Shown one piece after another: positions 11,301-22,873 of a stretch of 64,000 bases of DNA; position 1 is the stretch's first letter; every line of letters starts with the position of its first letter. The notes below the pieces were generated by a model. That model was not told the DNA's origin. It saw only the letters and a program-made list of their open reading frames with translations, and did no database searches. This stretch comes from Monocercomonoides exilis PA203 (lineage: Eukaryota; Protista; Preaxostyla): positions 1,054,001 through 1,118,000 of the forward strand of contig LSRY02000003.1 of NCBI GenBank assembly GCA_001643675.2. Direction: 5' to 3'. The translations under genes were made by a program, and so were the position numbers.

Positions 11301-13865
11301 GGATCCTTCTTGCTGACGCCAAACATGCACAAACTCTGAATCAGCGATGGAAATTGTTGGGACAGATGTCTATCAAGTGTGTATATGAAAAAGAAAAAAT
11401 GGAATATAATTCGTAAAATAAATAAAATAAAACACAATAAAAAACATTTTCAAAAAAAGTAATATTGAATTAAAATCAAAAATTTTTCTTTCAAATACCA
11501 ACGATTTTTCAAAAAGTTTTAAAATAACAATATACGAAAAATGCATTGAAAAGAAAACTTGGATCTTATAACAAACTGTTTCAGGAATCCAGAATAGAGA
11601 GCAGTTCATCAAAAACCAAATATCAATCTTGAACGATTCCAAAGCCAACGATCCGCTTTCCACGACAAACATTGGTGATGTGAAATACTTTGGCTCAGTC
11701 AAGTTCAAACCAGAGTCAACCTTCACGCTAATTTTTGATATACTCGTTTTACTATCCTTCTTTTGCCTCAGCAAAGACAGTGACTTTTGTGTGTCTGATT
11801 CACTCAAAAACACAAAGTCCACGTTTTTCAGCGTCAATTCCCCATTTTCCACATAAAACACTGAGATATTCGTATTCAGCACATTTCCCGGCTCAAAGGA
11901 CGTTGCAATGGAAAAAGATGAATCAATTCTAACTTTCTGCCCGTTGACAACACTAAGCTCTGTTTCCCCTGTTATTTTCTCTTCGATCACAATCCGGCAC
12001 AAAACAGACTTTATTGCACGCTCCAAGCAGTATTTCACAGTCTTGCACTGGCTGTTTTTCTCTCCTCCATATCTTCCACAGAGGAGATTGTCATTGCCTT
12101 CCGTGGGGTTCACTCTTCTCTCTGTCACCCCCTTTTCAAGCCAGTTGTCGTAAAAGCTGCTGTTCGACGCAGAAAACCAGCAGAAGACGCGGCTGTTCTC
12201 GTTGCTTGAAATGCAGTTGCTGAACGGATTGAACGATTGAATGTTGACATCTGAGCTGAACACGAAATGCACATCAAAACCGCTCTGTTTTGTTCTGTCT
12301 GTTGCAACATTGTTGTTGAAAAAGGTGAAAGAAATTGCTATTGGAGTCTCATCATTCTGCCAAAGTGGACTTATTCTTGATGAAATTGATGAAATAGTTT
12401 GTAGATTACTATCAATGGAAGATGAATAAGATGGAGAAGAACATACTCCCGAAGAAGAAGATAATTTGTTTGAAAGATTTATGTTCTTTTTCAAGTTCAT
12501 TCTCATTGCTCCTCCAGTGACCGCTATGCAATCACTAAACTGACTGTTGCTTATCACAACATTCAACTCTAACTCATCGAGCAAAATTCCTCCTCCGCTT
12601 CCATTAACAGCTTTGCAATTCTTGAATATTAGTTGATCCAAAACACATTTGTTTGCTTCAGTTGGTGCTAAATTTTCAACATTCCCAAAATAATCGTTTG
12701 CATTTTTTGCAGATCCTCCTTTGCTTTTGGACAAATATATTCCTCCCCCGCTTCCTGAAGAGCCTGACGTCAAAAATGAGCACTTTGTAATAGTAATCTC
12801 CTTTGTTGAGCCTTCAACATACAAACAACCTCCGCCACAATCTTTTCCCTTTGTGGAGCAATTTTCGAATACGCATCCATCCAAGTTTGTGATCCCGCAT
12901 CCAATCACACAAACACCTCCTCCTTCACGTAAAGCATAGCAATTCTCCACGCGGCATCCACTCATCTCAACTCTATCTTTTTCTCCTCCAACCACACACA
13001 ATCCACCTCCCTTTTGCTCGTTGATCGAAGCTCCTTCAGCTATACACCCCATAAAGCAATCTCCGACAAACGTTGCTGATTCCTTCATTGATTTTCGAAC
13101 ATACCACACTGTTTTTTTCGCACATCTTTGATAAGTGCTATTGTGAGATAAAAACGATCCAAATCCAATCATTCCATGAGTAAAAACACCAGACAAAGCA
13201 TTGTCAACGCAATAAAATTTGCTCGATTCAATATAAGTATTTTCGAATGAATCAAAAGCTTCAAAATTTTTCAGGTCATGTTGATTGCTTTTGTCAATAG
13301 CAGTTGCTTTCCAAGTAATGTTTGAAAAATGACTGTCGCTGATCAATTCTGAATTGCGAGAACCACAAATCAAAAATGGATTTTCAGGAAGTAGAACTAA
13401 ATTGGATAATTGTAATAAAGAATAGCAAGCTGATGAATCATTTCCTTTGATGAAATTTATCGATAAAGGATGGTTCATTTCAGATAAAGATTTTTCTGAG
13501 GAAAATGTGAAGTTGAAAATATTAAAGACACAATTTGATGATGAAAATAGTGTGGGTTCATGTTTTCCGGATATTTGCATGGAACAAGAATGCATTGTAA
13601 GTGCAGAATTTAAAGCAAAATTGTTTCGAGCCTCATCGTTAATTTGGCAAAGAACAACTCGATTAAGCTCAAGAGATGAATTTACAATATTCAGTGTTGA
13701 CTTGATAGTTGATTTTACAACACTTTCATAAGTTTGATGTTGCGTAAATGAATAAAGTGATTGATAGTTGTAAAATGGAACGTTATCCAAAGAAATTTGG
13801 AATTTATCCGAACAAAAAGCATCAATTATAAATAATGTTACCGCAAGATATAAGCAAGCGGTCAT
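8376..13865 (-). CDS. Large (~1760 aa) single-pass surface protein with GG-rich right-handed beta-helix-like repeats; 2 exons (13865-11577, 11369-8376)
   Basis: ORFs 11373..13976 and 8376..11330 join in phase 0 through a GT..AG intron at 11370-11576 (WIPET|TSVPTISIAD). Signal peptide MTACLYLAVTLFIIDAFCS; repeated GGGL/GGGV/GGGI motifs with F.NC; CG...PC.TI motifs; C-terminal TM IILCSVLIPTFIVSVVVIFFVV-RRIR. Confidence 0.8.
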
Positions 13866-14003
13866 ATATGTCTTTCTATTCGAAAAATGAAAAAATAAAA
13901 AAAAATTTAAGATCATATGGCACATAAATATGTGAAAAAAAGAAAGAAAAAAATAATGATATGGGCTAGATTCCACTGTATCAATTACAAAATTGCGGTC
14001 TAA

Positions 14004-17000
14004 ATGTCGGAATTGGACACAAAGTCGATTGGTTCGACATCGTCGTCATCATCGACTGATGTAGCCGTAACATTTGCAAGATTTGACGCAATGGATAAAT
14101 CGTTTGACTTATTTTTATACAAAAATATTTTCCGAGAAAAGCAGAAAAATAATTTAGTGTTTTCTCTTTTTTTACACCATTTGCAAATGTTTGTTTTCAA
14201 TTGTTATATATTTGAGAATTACTTCATTGGTTGCTTTTTTAGAGAAGGATTCAGCTGCCAAATTTTGCGGTTATCATCGTTTGTGTGCTAATGGCATTTC
14301 AATCAACTTTTGTTCCATTGAAAAGAAACGTCACTCACGTTGGCATTGTTGAATTTAACAAGGCTGTTGGGTGTGCGATTTTCATCATTCAAAATTCTCA
14401 AAAAGAAATATCATTTATTTTATAATCCTCTACAGCCTTTACTTTGATCCTTCATTTTATACGCCGTCATTTAGCAGCCTTGCAGTTTTTGTTATTCTTT
14501 TTGTTGCATTTATTTTATTCATTCTCGTTGGATCTGTTTTTGCATGTATTATGATCCAACACGAGAAAAAATTTCCGTTCTTCGTTCAAAGGACGACTCA
14601 AATTTTTACTCTTATTTTGACCACGTTTGGGATGATTCCTATTATTAGCATATTGTCCCTTCCATTGATATGTTTTTATAAATCTCTACACCCTGACGAC
14701 AATTTTTGCGAGAATGATCCTCTGTTACTTCCGTTAATGATTATCTGTATTATTGCTTTGCCGCTTATAATTGTCTTTATTTGGCTTTACCGCGTGTTTG
14801 TGTTCAACCCTAACGGAATCCAAGGGAACATGCTCGCTTCACGTCACGGCAGATACAACGCTCTGATAAGCATACTGCTCATTGCAGACTCGATGGCCGC
14901 GGTTCTGCTTGCGGACGAAGAGAGCGTCATCGTCAGCGTCGTGCACACTTTTCTGCTTGCTATCGCTATCGCCATCTGTCTCGTCGGTCAGCCGTTCCAC
15001 CGGCTCAAAGGGAACGTGCTGGTCTGCAGCTGCCTCGGCGTGAGCTTTGGCGGTGGGATTGCCTCGTTTTTCCTGGAGCTCATCGACAGCTCAGCTGCAG
15101 CCATTGGCAACATCGGCGCCGGTGTGATTTTCTGGATCGTGCTTGTGCTTCTGTGTGCGGGCTTTGGGGTTGCGTGTGGCGTGCTGATGCGAAAGAGGAT
15201 GAGACACATCTGGATTGTGGAGCCTTATCAGTGCAAAGCGAAGACAGACAGAAACGAAGAAGTCGTCGAAGTCGGGTTTGAACTGAAACTGGGGAAAAAC
15301 ATGGTGCAGTTGTATTCTTCTGTGCCGGAAAGAAGACATGCTGAAAAAACAGCTGTTGGAAGGCCAGCCAGCTCTGCTGTGAGCAAGTTAGGACCACTCA
15401 ACTCTTCTTCCAATTCATCATCTTCTTCCTCTTCTTCCTCTTCCAGTTCTTCTTCTTCCTCCTCCTCATCCTCTTCCTCATCCACCTCCTCCTCAGTATA
15501 CAGCACATCCAACGGGTCAGGCCTGTGCTCGCCTTCTCCTCTCACCTCGCCAACAACTGGAATGCCCACCTTCACGTCTCCTCTGGCTGTGAATGTCGAT
15601 CTGCACCAGATGTCTCCGGAATGCTCCTCGCCTGTGACATCGCCTTCGCCCGCCCTATCGCTTTCGCCGCTTATCATGTCTTCCACCTCTTCGACTTCGC
15701 TGCTTCCTCTTTGCTCTTCCTCTTCCTCTTCTTCTTCCTCCTCATCTTCTTCTTCTTCCTTGTCTTCCATTTACTCCTCCACCACGTCGCTGACTTCATC
15801 CACAGACAGACTTCTCCCAAAGCAGAATCCGAATGCAACAAACGGGTCTGACAAAGTCCTCTCGCCAATCGCCAACGAAGACACGCCTTTCAGCGAAATT
15901 GCCTCTCCCTCAGCGCCTCAGGCAAGCTTCTCTTCCTCTTCTTTGGCTTCGCTGTCATCAACTCTGGCTTCTTCAAACACATCTTCTTCTTCGTCTTCGT
16001 CTTCGTCTTCATCATCATCTTCTTCTGCTCCAGCCAAACCAATTAATCGCTCAAATTCCTCTTCCTTCTCCCGTTCGATGCAGCTACAAGTAGTTCCGTT
16101 TGCCTCGTCCTCCCTCACATCGCCCACAAAACCTTCCACGCCACTCACAAGCCCAACTCCCTTAACTTCAGAAAATCCTCTTTCTCCGACTTACACAAAC
16201 ACCTCGTTCCATCTCATCTCCACACACAACCCGTCCCCCTTGGTCAATTCGTATGGCGACAAAGGAATGAAAAAGTGGGGGCAGCAGTCTTCTTCCTCTT
16301 CCTCCTCTTCCTCATCATCATCGTCGTCGTCTTCTTCTTCTTCTTCTTTGTCTGCCTCATCTGCTTCGTTAGAACCAGCCGGCGTCTCCTCCATTCTTTC
16401 TGCGCAGAACGCCAAAAAAGTGATCAAACCTCTCCACAAACCAGAAGACATCGAAGTCAGACTTCGTTTTCTGTACGACCCAGCCATTATGAAGCTCGAC
16501 TGCTACAGCCAAATTGTCGCCTTTGCCGAAGAGATCTACTCGTCTGCCCTGAAAAAACAGCGTTTTGAGAACTCCGCCGACCTGCTTGTTTCCTACATCC
16601 TCTTTCTGGACGTGTTCCGCGAGTGCCACAAGCAGCGCATCAGCCGGCGCGGCGTCTCCGTCCAAGTTGCGCGTCTTCTGCGGCGTGCGTGCGAAAGCTG
16701 CCCCGGCTGGACAAACCGCTGGATGGTGTATCAGAAGATGAAGATGATGGAGAGCGTGCTGGGCGAGCTGACAATCGAGGGAGAAGACATGGCAGCTTCG
16801 GGCAGTTTCAATGGGAGTCTTGTTGGAGCAGCAGGGGCAGCGATGGGGGCGCCAGGCATTATGCACAGAGAGAGCTTCAGCACGGCGTATGGAAGGAACA
16901 CGCCAGCAGCGATGATGCTGCACAGCAGCTCGATGAAGTCGCTGGGGTTTGACGAGGATGCGTATGCGAAGGATGCGCTGGATGTGGAAGGCGGGAGAGG

Positions 17001-20000
17001 GAACAGCTCGTACATGATGCATGTGCAGCTGCAGCAGGCGAGCAAAGACGTGGAGCTGGCGAAGGCGCACCTGCTGCGTGTGTGGATGCTGCTGTCGCGG
17101 CGTGTGGTGGATGTGCAGATGGTGATGAAGCACGCAGTGGAGAGCATCAACTACCGCGAAGAGGCTCAGCACATCTTCGTCGGCCTGATGGAGAGCCACC
17201 CGGAGAACACGAATGTCATGCGGCAGTATGCGCTGCTGCTGCGGGATGTGTTTATGGACGAGGAGGCAGCTGCCAGCCTATTGCACGAGGCAGACTCGAT
17301 TGAGGAAGAATTCACGGCGATGGAGAACTCGGCGATGGACACGATATCGCTGATGTCGATCCACTCGTACAACAACAACAACGAGCTGTCGCCAGGGCAG
17401 GGGATGACTGACAGAGAAGACGTGAAGGAGGACTCGGGGACAGATAACTGGGAGCTGCGGAAGCTGAACAACAAGCTGGGTGCAGTTGAGTACGAAGGAG
17501 CATATTCAGATGCGAGCTCGAAGCAGAAGATGGAGTCGGACAACTGGAACGAGCGGATGCTGGAGCAGCAGCTGGCAGACATTACAGAGCGGACGGAGAG
17601 GACAGAAAGAACTGACAGAGAGGGTGGAGCACATAGCTTGGTAACAAAAGGGTATCGTGACAGACAAGGAGAGCTGAAGAAGCGGATGGCGATGAAGAAG
17701 AAGGACAAGAAGAAGGAGAGAAAGATGAAGTCGCGAAGGAACCTGTCGGAGACGGTGATGGTGACGCAGAACAAGACGAAGAAAATTGTGGTAGCGCTGT
17801 CGCTGCTGTATCTGACGCTGATTCTGGTGCTGATCATCTTTATGGTCTCTTATTTCTGGGCTAATTCGCAGTTCTCCAAAGCAACGGTCTCTTCTGATAA
17901 TGTGCGAAAGGGCGTGCGGATCTCGGCTGAGCTGAATGCCGTGTTCCATCTGATGGAGCTGTACATGTTTGTGTTCTCAAATCGCACAGATATCGGTCTT
18001 TCAATGCAGGAGATGAAGGAAATGCTCGACGTGATTAAAGCTGATGCAGTCATTGCCAGCCAAGAGTCCTATTCGCGTTTCTCAGGCTTCTACAAGAACT
18101 CCTACCAGGAGTCGTCGTGGAAGTCCACAGACAACGTGTGGCTTGAGCCGACCCTGGATGCGCAGTATCAGGTTGTGGCGATGCGGGAAAAGAAGCTGTC
18201 GATGCTGTCGCTCATCAGCTGGGCGCAGGACATTCTGAACGAGGTGTTTGTGGACATGGACATCATGAGCGTGTCGGAGAGCCACATGCAGCAGGTGGCC
18301 TGCACATTTGCAATGAACATCCCATACATCCTATCGGAGAGGCTGAAGAAGCTGAGCTCGGATGCGTTTGTGGATACTTCTGACCTGATGTCTGAGGCAA
18401 CTGTGGTGTTTGCTATCTTTCTCGCAGCGTGTTTTGTGCTGAACATCTGTCTGACATTCCTTCCGTTGTACATTCTGATTAAGCATTTGATAAGGCAGTG
18501 GAAGCAAAAGCTGAGGAACCTGTGCAACTGCACGCCTGAAGAAGCGCAGAAGATTGTGAGCAAACTCGAAGGGAAGCAGAGCCACGAATCGAACAGAGAG
18601 CAGGATATTGCAAAGAAGGAGGCGAAGGAAGCGCAGCAACAGCAACTGCAGCAGCAACAACAGAGGAACACATCGTCGACAAGCACAAGCACAGCCAGCG
18701 GGAGGCCAAACGTGGTGGACGACAACGAGAACGAGTGCTGCAACAACTCTGACTACAACATGAGCGACGTGGACAGAGACTCGAACGTGAAGATGCCCTA
18801 TCGCCTGTCTGTTCCTGACTCCATCGCTCTCGATATGCAAGGCGTCTCCACGCCTTCCTCACACAGCAGTATTTCACCACTTATGGCCCACACCATGTCC
18901 CCACCGTATTCGATGACGCCCATGCCGAAGTCTCCTCTTTCTTCCATTTCATTCCAGACAACACCTCAAAGCGTGTCCCCGCAGGGCAGTTTTTCGATGC
19001 CGCTGGAAGCATCGGCGTCTGAAAACAAAAGCATAAAGACGAAGACGCTCTCAACATATTCTCTTCTGCAGGAGGCAAACTCTGATGCCACTTCTGGGCA
19101 ACCTGCTGCGAGCAAGCGGCAGGCCACAGACAGACAGACAACCGAGCGGCGCGAGCGGCTGTCATCTTCGCTGTCGATTCAGTCATTCCCCAACCTCGTC
19201 ACGTTCCAGTACAACAGTGAGGCTAATCTTCTTCCGTCTCAGCATCATCCATTACCCCCTGGAGAGCGAGAGCCAAAGAAGCACCACAAGAAGCTGTCAG
19301 CGCGGTCGAACTCGGCCAGCGACGGCTCCTCTTTCACGTCACGCGGCACGTCCACAAACACCGAAGACTCGTCGCATTCGCTCAGCGGCAACTCAGAGGA
19401 GTCCAAAATGAAGCGGCTGCAGCGGCGGAAGGAACGGAAGGAGCGGAGGAAGAACAAAGAGAGGGAGAAGCGCATCCAGATGGAGCAGCAGTACATCGCC
19501 GAGAAGGAGTCGGAGGAGAAGCGGAAGTTGGCGCAGAGGATGGCCGACTTCGATGCGCGTGTGTCGCATGTGAAGGGCATCATTCCGAAGAGCATCTGGT
19601 TTCGAGTGATTGTCGGCACAGTGCTGCTGATTGTGTCGTCGTCTGTGTTTTTTATTGTGGGAATATACTTCTTCTCGCAGTTTTCAAATATCACTGCGAA
19701 CATCGTGGTGAATGTGTACAGGCGTGTTATTTTGGTGCAGATTTCTGGATGCACAACGATGATGTTTGCCAATGCAACATATCCGCTTGCTGCTCCAGAT
19801 CTGGAGAGAGTGTTTGATGGATTCACTTCTCCTGCCATTCTGTCGAATAAATTCTGCGTGACGAGGCAAAGCCTGCGCAATGTGATTGGCGTGCTGGCTC
19901 AGCACTTTGCAGAACTGACGACGATATTCATATCAGGGTCAGAGAGTATGCCTCCCACTGGAGACGAGGCATTCAACAAGATTATTATCTCCAGGACACA

Positions 20001-21003
20001 AGGAAGCGACGATGTGCTGACAATGCTCGCATCAAGTGTGTGCGAGTGCATCACAGAGAAGGGAATTAATGTTAGTTGTCCAGCGGAAAAGCTTCCAGGC
20101 ATAACAGGCACGTATTTTGGAGTTCAAGAGCTTTGCACCAGATTTGTAGAAGCAGCGACTGCTGTTAGAAATTTGGACGAAAATCAATACAGCTATACGA
20201 ACGTGAACTATCAGCACTTGATCAAGTCAGCAACGCAAGATTTGCAGTATGGAATAGATCTTATTGAGCTTCACTACACCGATGTTCTTGATGCATTTGT
20301 TGCCAATTCGTCGAGTGTGATGCTTGTTCTGTTTGTGACCATCGCGGTGTTTATGGTGACGATTGCCTGCACCTTCTTTTTGTCGCTTCCGCCGTCGATC
20401 AACAGAGTGGCGGAGCTGACGGAGTGCCTAAGTGACATGTCAGCATCGTCGTCGCTGGTGGCGCAGTGGAAGGAGGAGATGAGCATCGGCGTGGAGTCGT
20501 GGGACTCCATCCACCAGAACATTGTGGAGGCTGCAGGCTCGCTGATCAGCGACATGAAGGACGACAAGCCGCTGACGCTGCTGTCGCAGGAGATGGACTC
20601 GCTGCTGGCAGCTTTCAGCGCGCACTGCGCAGCGGAGGAGGTGATGATGGAGCGCTGCAGCTACCCGACAAAGGCGAGGAGCAAGCACGACACGGTGCAC
20701 GTGTGGATCTTCAGGAAGATGATTGATGTGTGCCAGCAGTTCCAGAAGGGAAAGCCTTCGATGACAGAGATTGATTTGATCTACCAGGCAATTGTGAAGG
20801 ACGAGGTTGATTCGATGGATCGGGAGCTATCTTCGTTTATTCAGGCTTCGTGTAGCGATATGGCGGTGGATGACTTGCTTCATTCGTTGGAGAATGTTGT
20901 TCCACGGTGTGTGGTTGAGTTTTACAAGGGCCCCAACGCCACAATGGTGGAAAAAATGAACTTTGAGCAGGTTAAGGAGCGTATTGATAGCAAGACAGAG
21001 TAG
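14004..21003 (+). CDS. TmcB/TmcC-like polytopic membrane protein (~2300 aa) with C-terminal hemerythrin-like domain
   Basis: N-terminal multi-TM block, Ser-rich insert, TPR-like segment (ADLLVSYILFLDVF..A..F..LMESHPENTNVMRQYALLLRDVFMDEEAA, typical of TmcB/C-family proteins), two further TM pairs, then a hemerythrin motif at 20467-20840. Two short 5' introns (~14189-14242, ~14371-14435). The exon 1/2 join needs either the second AG or a 1-bp T-run correction. Confidence 0.8.
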
Positions 21004-22873
21004 CCATGCTATCTTCTTTTTTATTAATGAATTACAATGATTATAAATATTTAGTTTCTTTATGAATGTGTGAATTGTGCACTTTGTTTTTGTTGAGTTT
21101 TTATGTTATGGAATTATGTATGTATAAACTGACTTCTTTATAGCAAGCACTGAGCTAAAATATGAAGCAATTCACAAATGTTACTTTGCATTTCCACTAA
21201 TTTACAAATCCTAAAATTTCAATTTTGAATTCTTTTCGTATGATTTCTAAAAAACTTATTCGAACATATTTTTAATTGATTATTTGGTTCTTTGTTTCTT
21301 TTTTCTTTTCTGGATATAAATTTTATGGATAGTTTTCATGTTGTTGTGCCTAGTGGAGTAGAAAGATTTTTTCATTCATTCTTTAATTTTTCTTTGCTTT
21401 TCATAATTTTTTTTCTTTTTTCTGTTTTATTTCCTTTTCTTTCTTTCTTTTGTTTAATTTTATTTTTTAATTTTATTTTATGTTTCATCCGAATTAATTG
21501 GTTGCTTTATTTTGTATGAAAAAATCTGTCTGCTAAGCTCTCAAAAGACAGAAATTTCTTATAAAGAAACTGTTTTTCAGTCCATCATTGACGATGCTTT
21601 ACATTTTTATGTATTTGAATATGTATTTCTTTGTTTAATTAACTTTTCTATTCTTTTTTCTTTTCATTTTTTAAAGTCAGCATGTATACTTGAATGCCCC
21701 TTGATTTGTTTATCGTTTATTGTCACCGACTTCTCTTCCTGTTTACCAATGTTTTACCCTATTTTGATTGTGCGTAATATGATTAATGTTTCAAAACACA
21801 ACAATTCTTGTTTTTAAAAGCCAAGGTTGTTTCTTTGTAACTTTTAATTTGCCCACCAACCGTCTTTCAATTTATAAAAAATTTGCATTTCAAAGTTCTT
21901 TTTTAAATTTAAAGAAAAAATAATTATGTGAAAATCTTTATAATTTTTTTCATTGAACACAAATTGATTGAAGCAATTCGGTGGTTTTAATTATTATTTT
22001 TATTATTAAGTTTTATAGTTCATCTTTCTAACGAAAAATTAAATAAAACAAGAAAAGTATAGAAAAAAAAGAAAGAAAGAAAGAAAAGAAAAGAAAAAAC
22101 CCATTCTTTATTTGTTGGCGTTAATTTTTGCCAAATTTTGGAATCGAGATTTACACCTAAAGATTTTTTTAAGTAGAAAAATTTATTCGATATTGCAAAT
22201 GTTTATTCAAGATCGAAAATACATTAATCCCAATTTTTATTTTTTATTCCATATTTCTAATTCAAATCAGTAATTATTCTCTTGTTGAATGATAAAACAA
22301 ACTTGATAATTTCGAATATAATAATAATTTGTTGAGATTTTTTTTGTGTTTGGATGTGTGTAATAGCAAATATATTTCATAGTTTCTTCGAATATGAAAA
22401 TCTGTACTTGTGCAAAGGATGAAAAAGAAAGCCATTTATTGTATGGGGGAAAACAAGAGACTTCAAGCTTTTTCATTGAAAAATTTTGCACTTTTCATTG
22501 ACTTTTTAAAATCAATAAACATAATAAAAATGGGTCCATTTTTTGACATTCATGAAACGTTGGAAAACTTAACGTTTTGATTTCAACGATACCTGTTTAC
22601 GGATATGAAAATCAAATTTATTTTGTAATCTGAGAAAGATATACAAAGTTTGAATGAAGCAATAATTTTGTGCTTTGTGCATATAAAGCTTGAAAGTCCG
22701 TATTTTCCCCCGTATTATCGGAAATATTAATTTAAATAAATATATTCAAAGAAAAAGTCAGTATTTTTTACCTTATTGGGTTTTGATTTTCAAACGTATA
22801 TTTTTTCTACGAAAATTTTCTGTTTGAAAATTTCATTTGAATGCAAATAAATAAACACTGAAAAGGTATAATA

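Noticed and set aside
14988-20726. Numerous antisense and overlapping ORFs within the TmcB-like gene
   Set aside because: By-products of GC-rich codon usage; no motifs.
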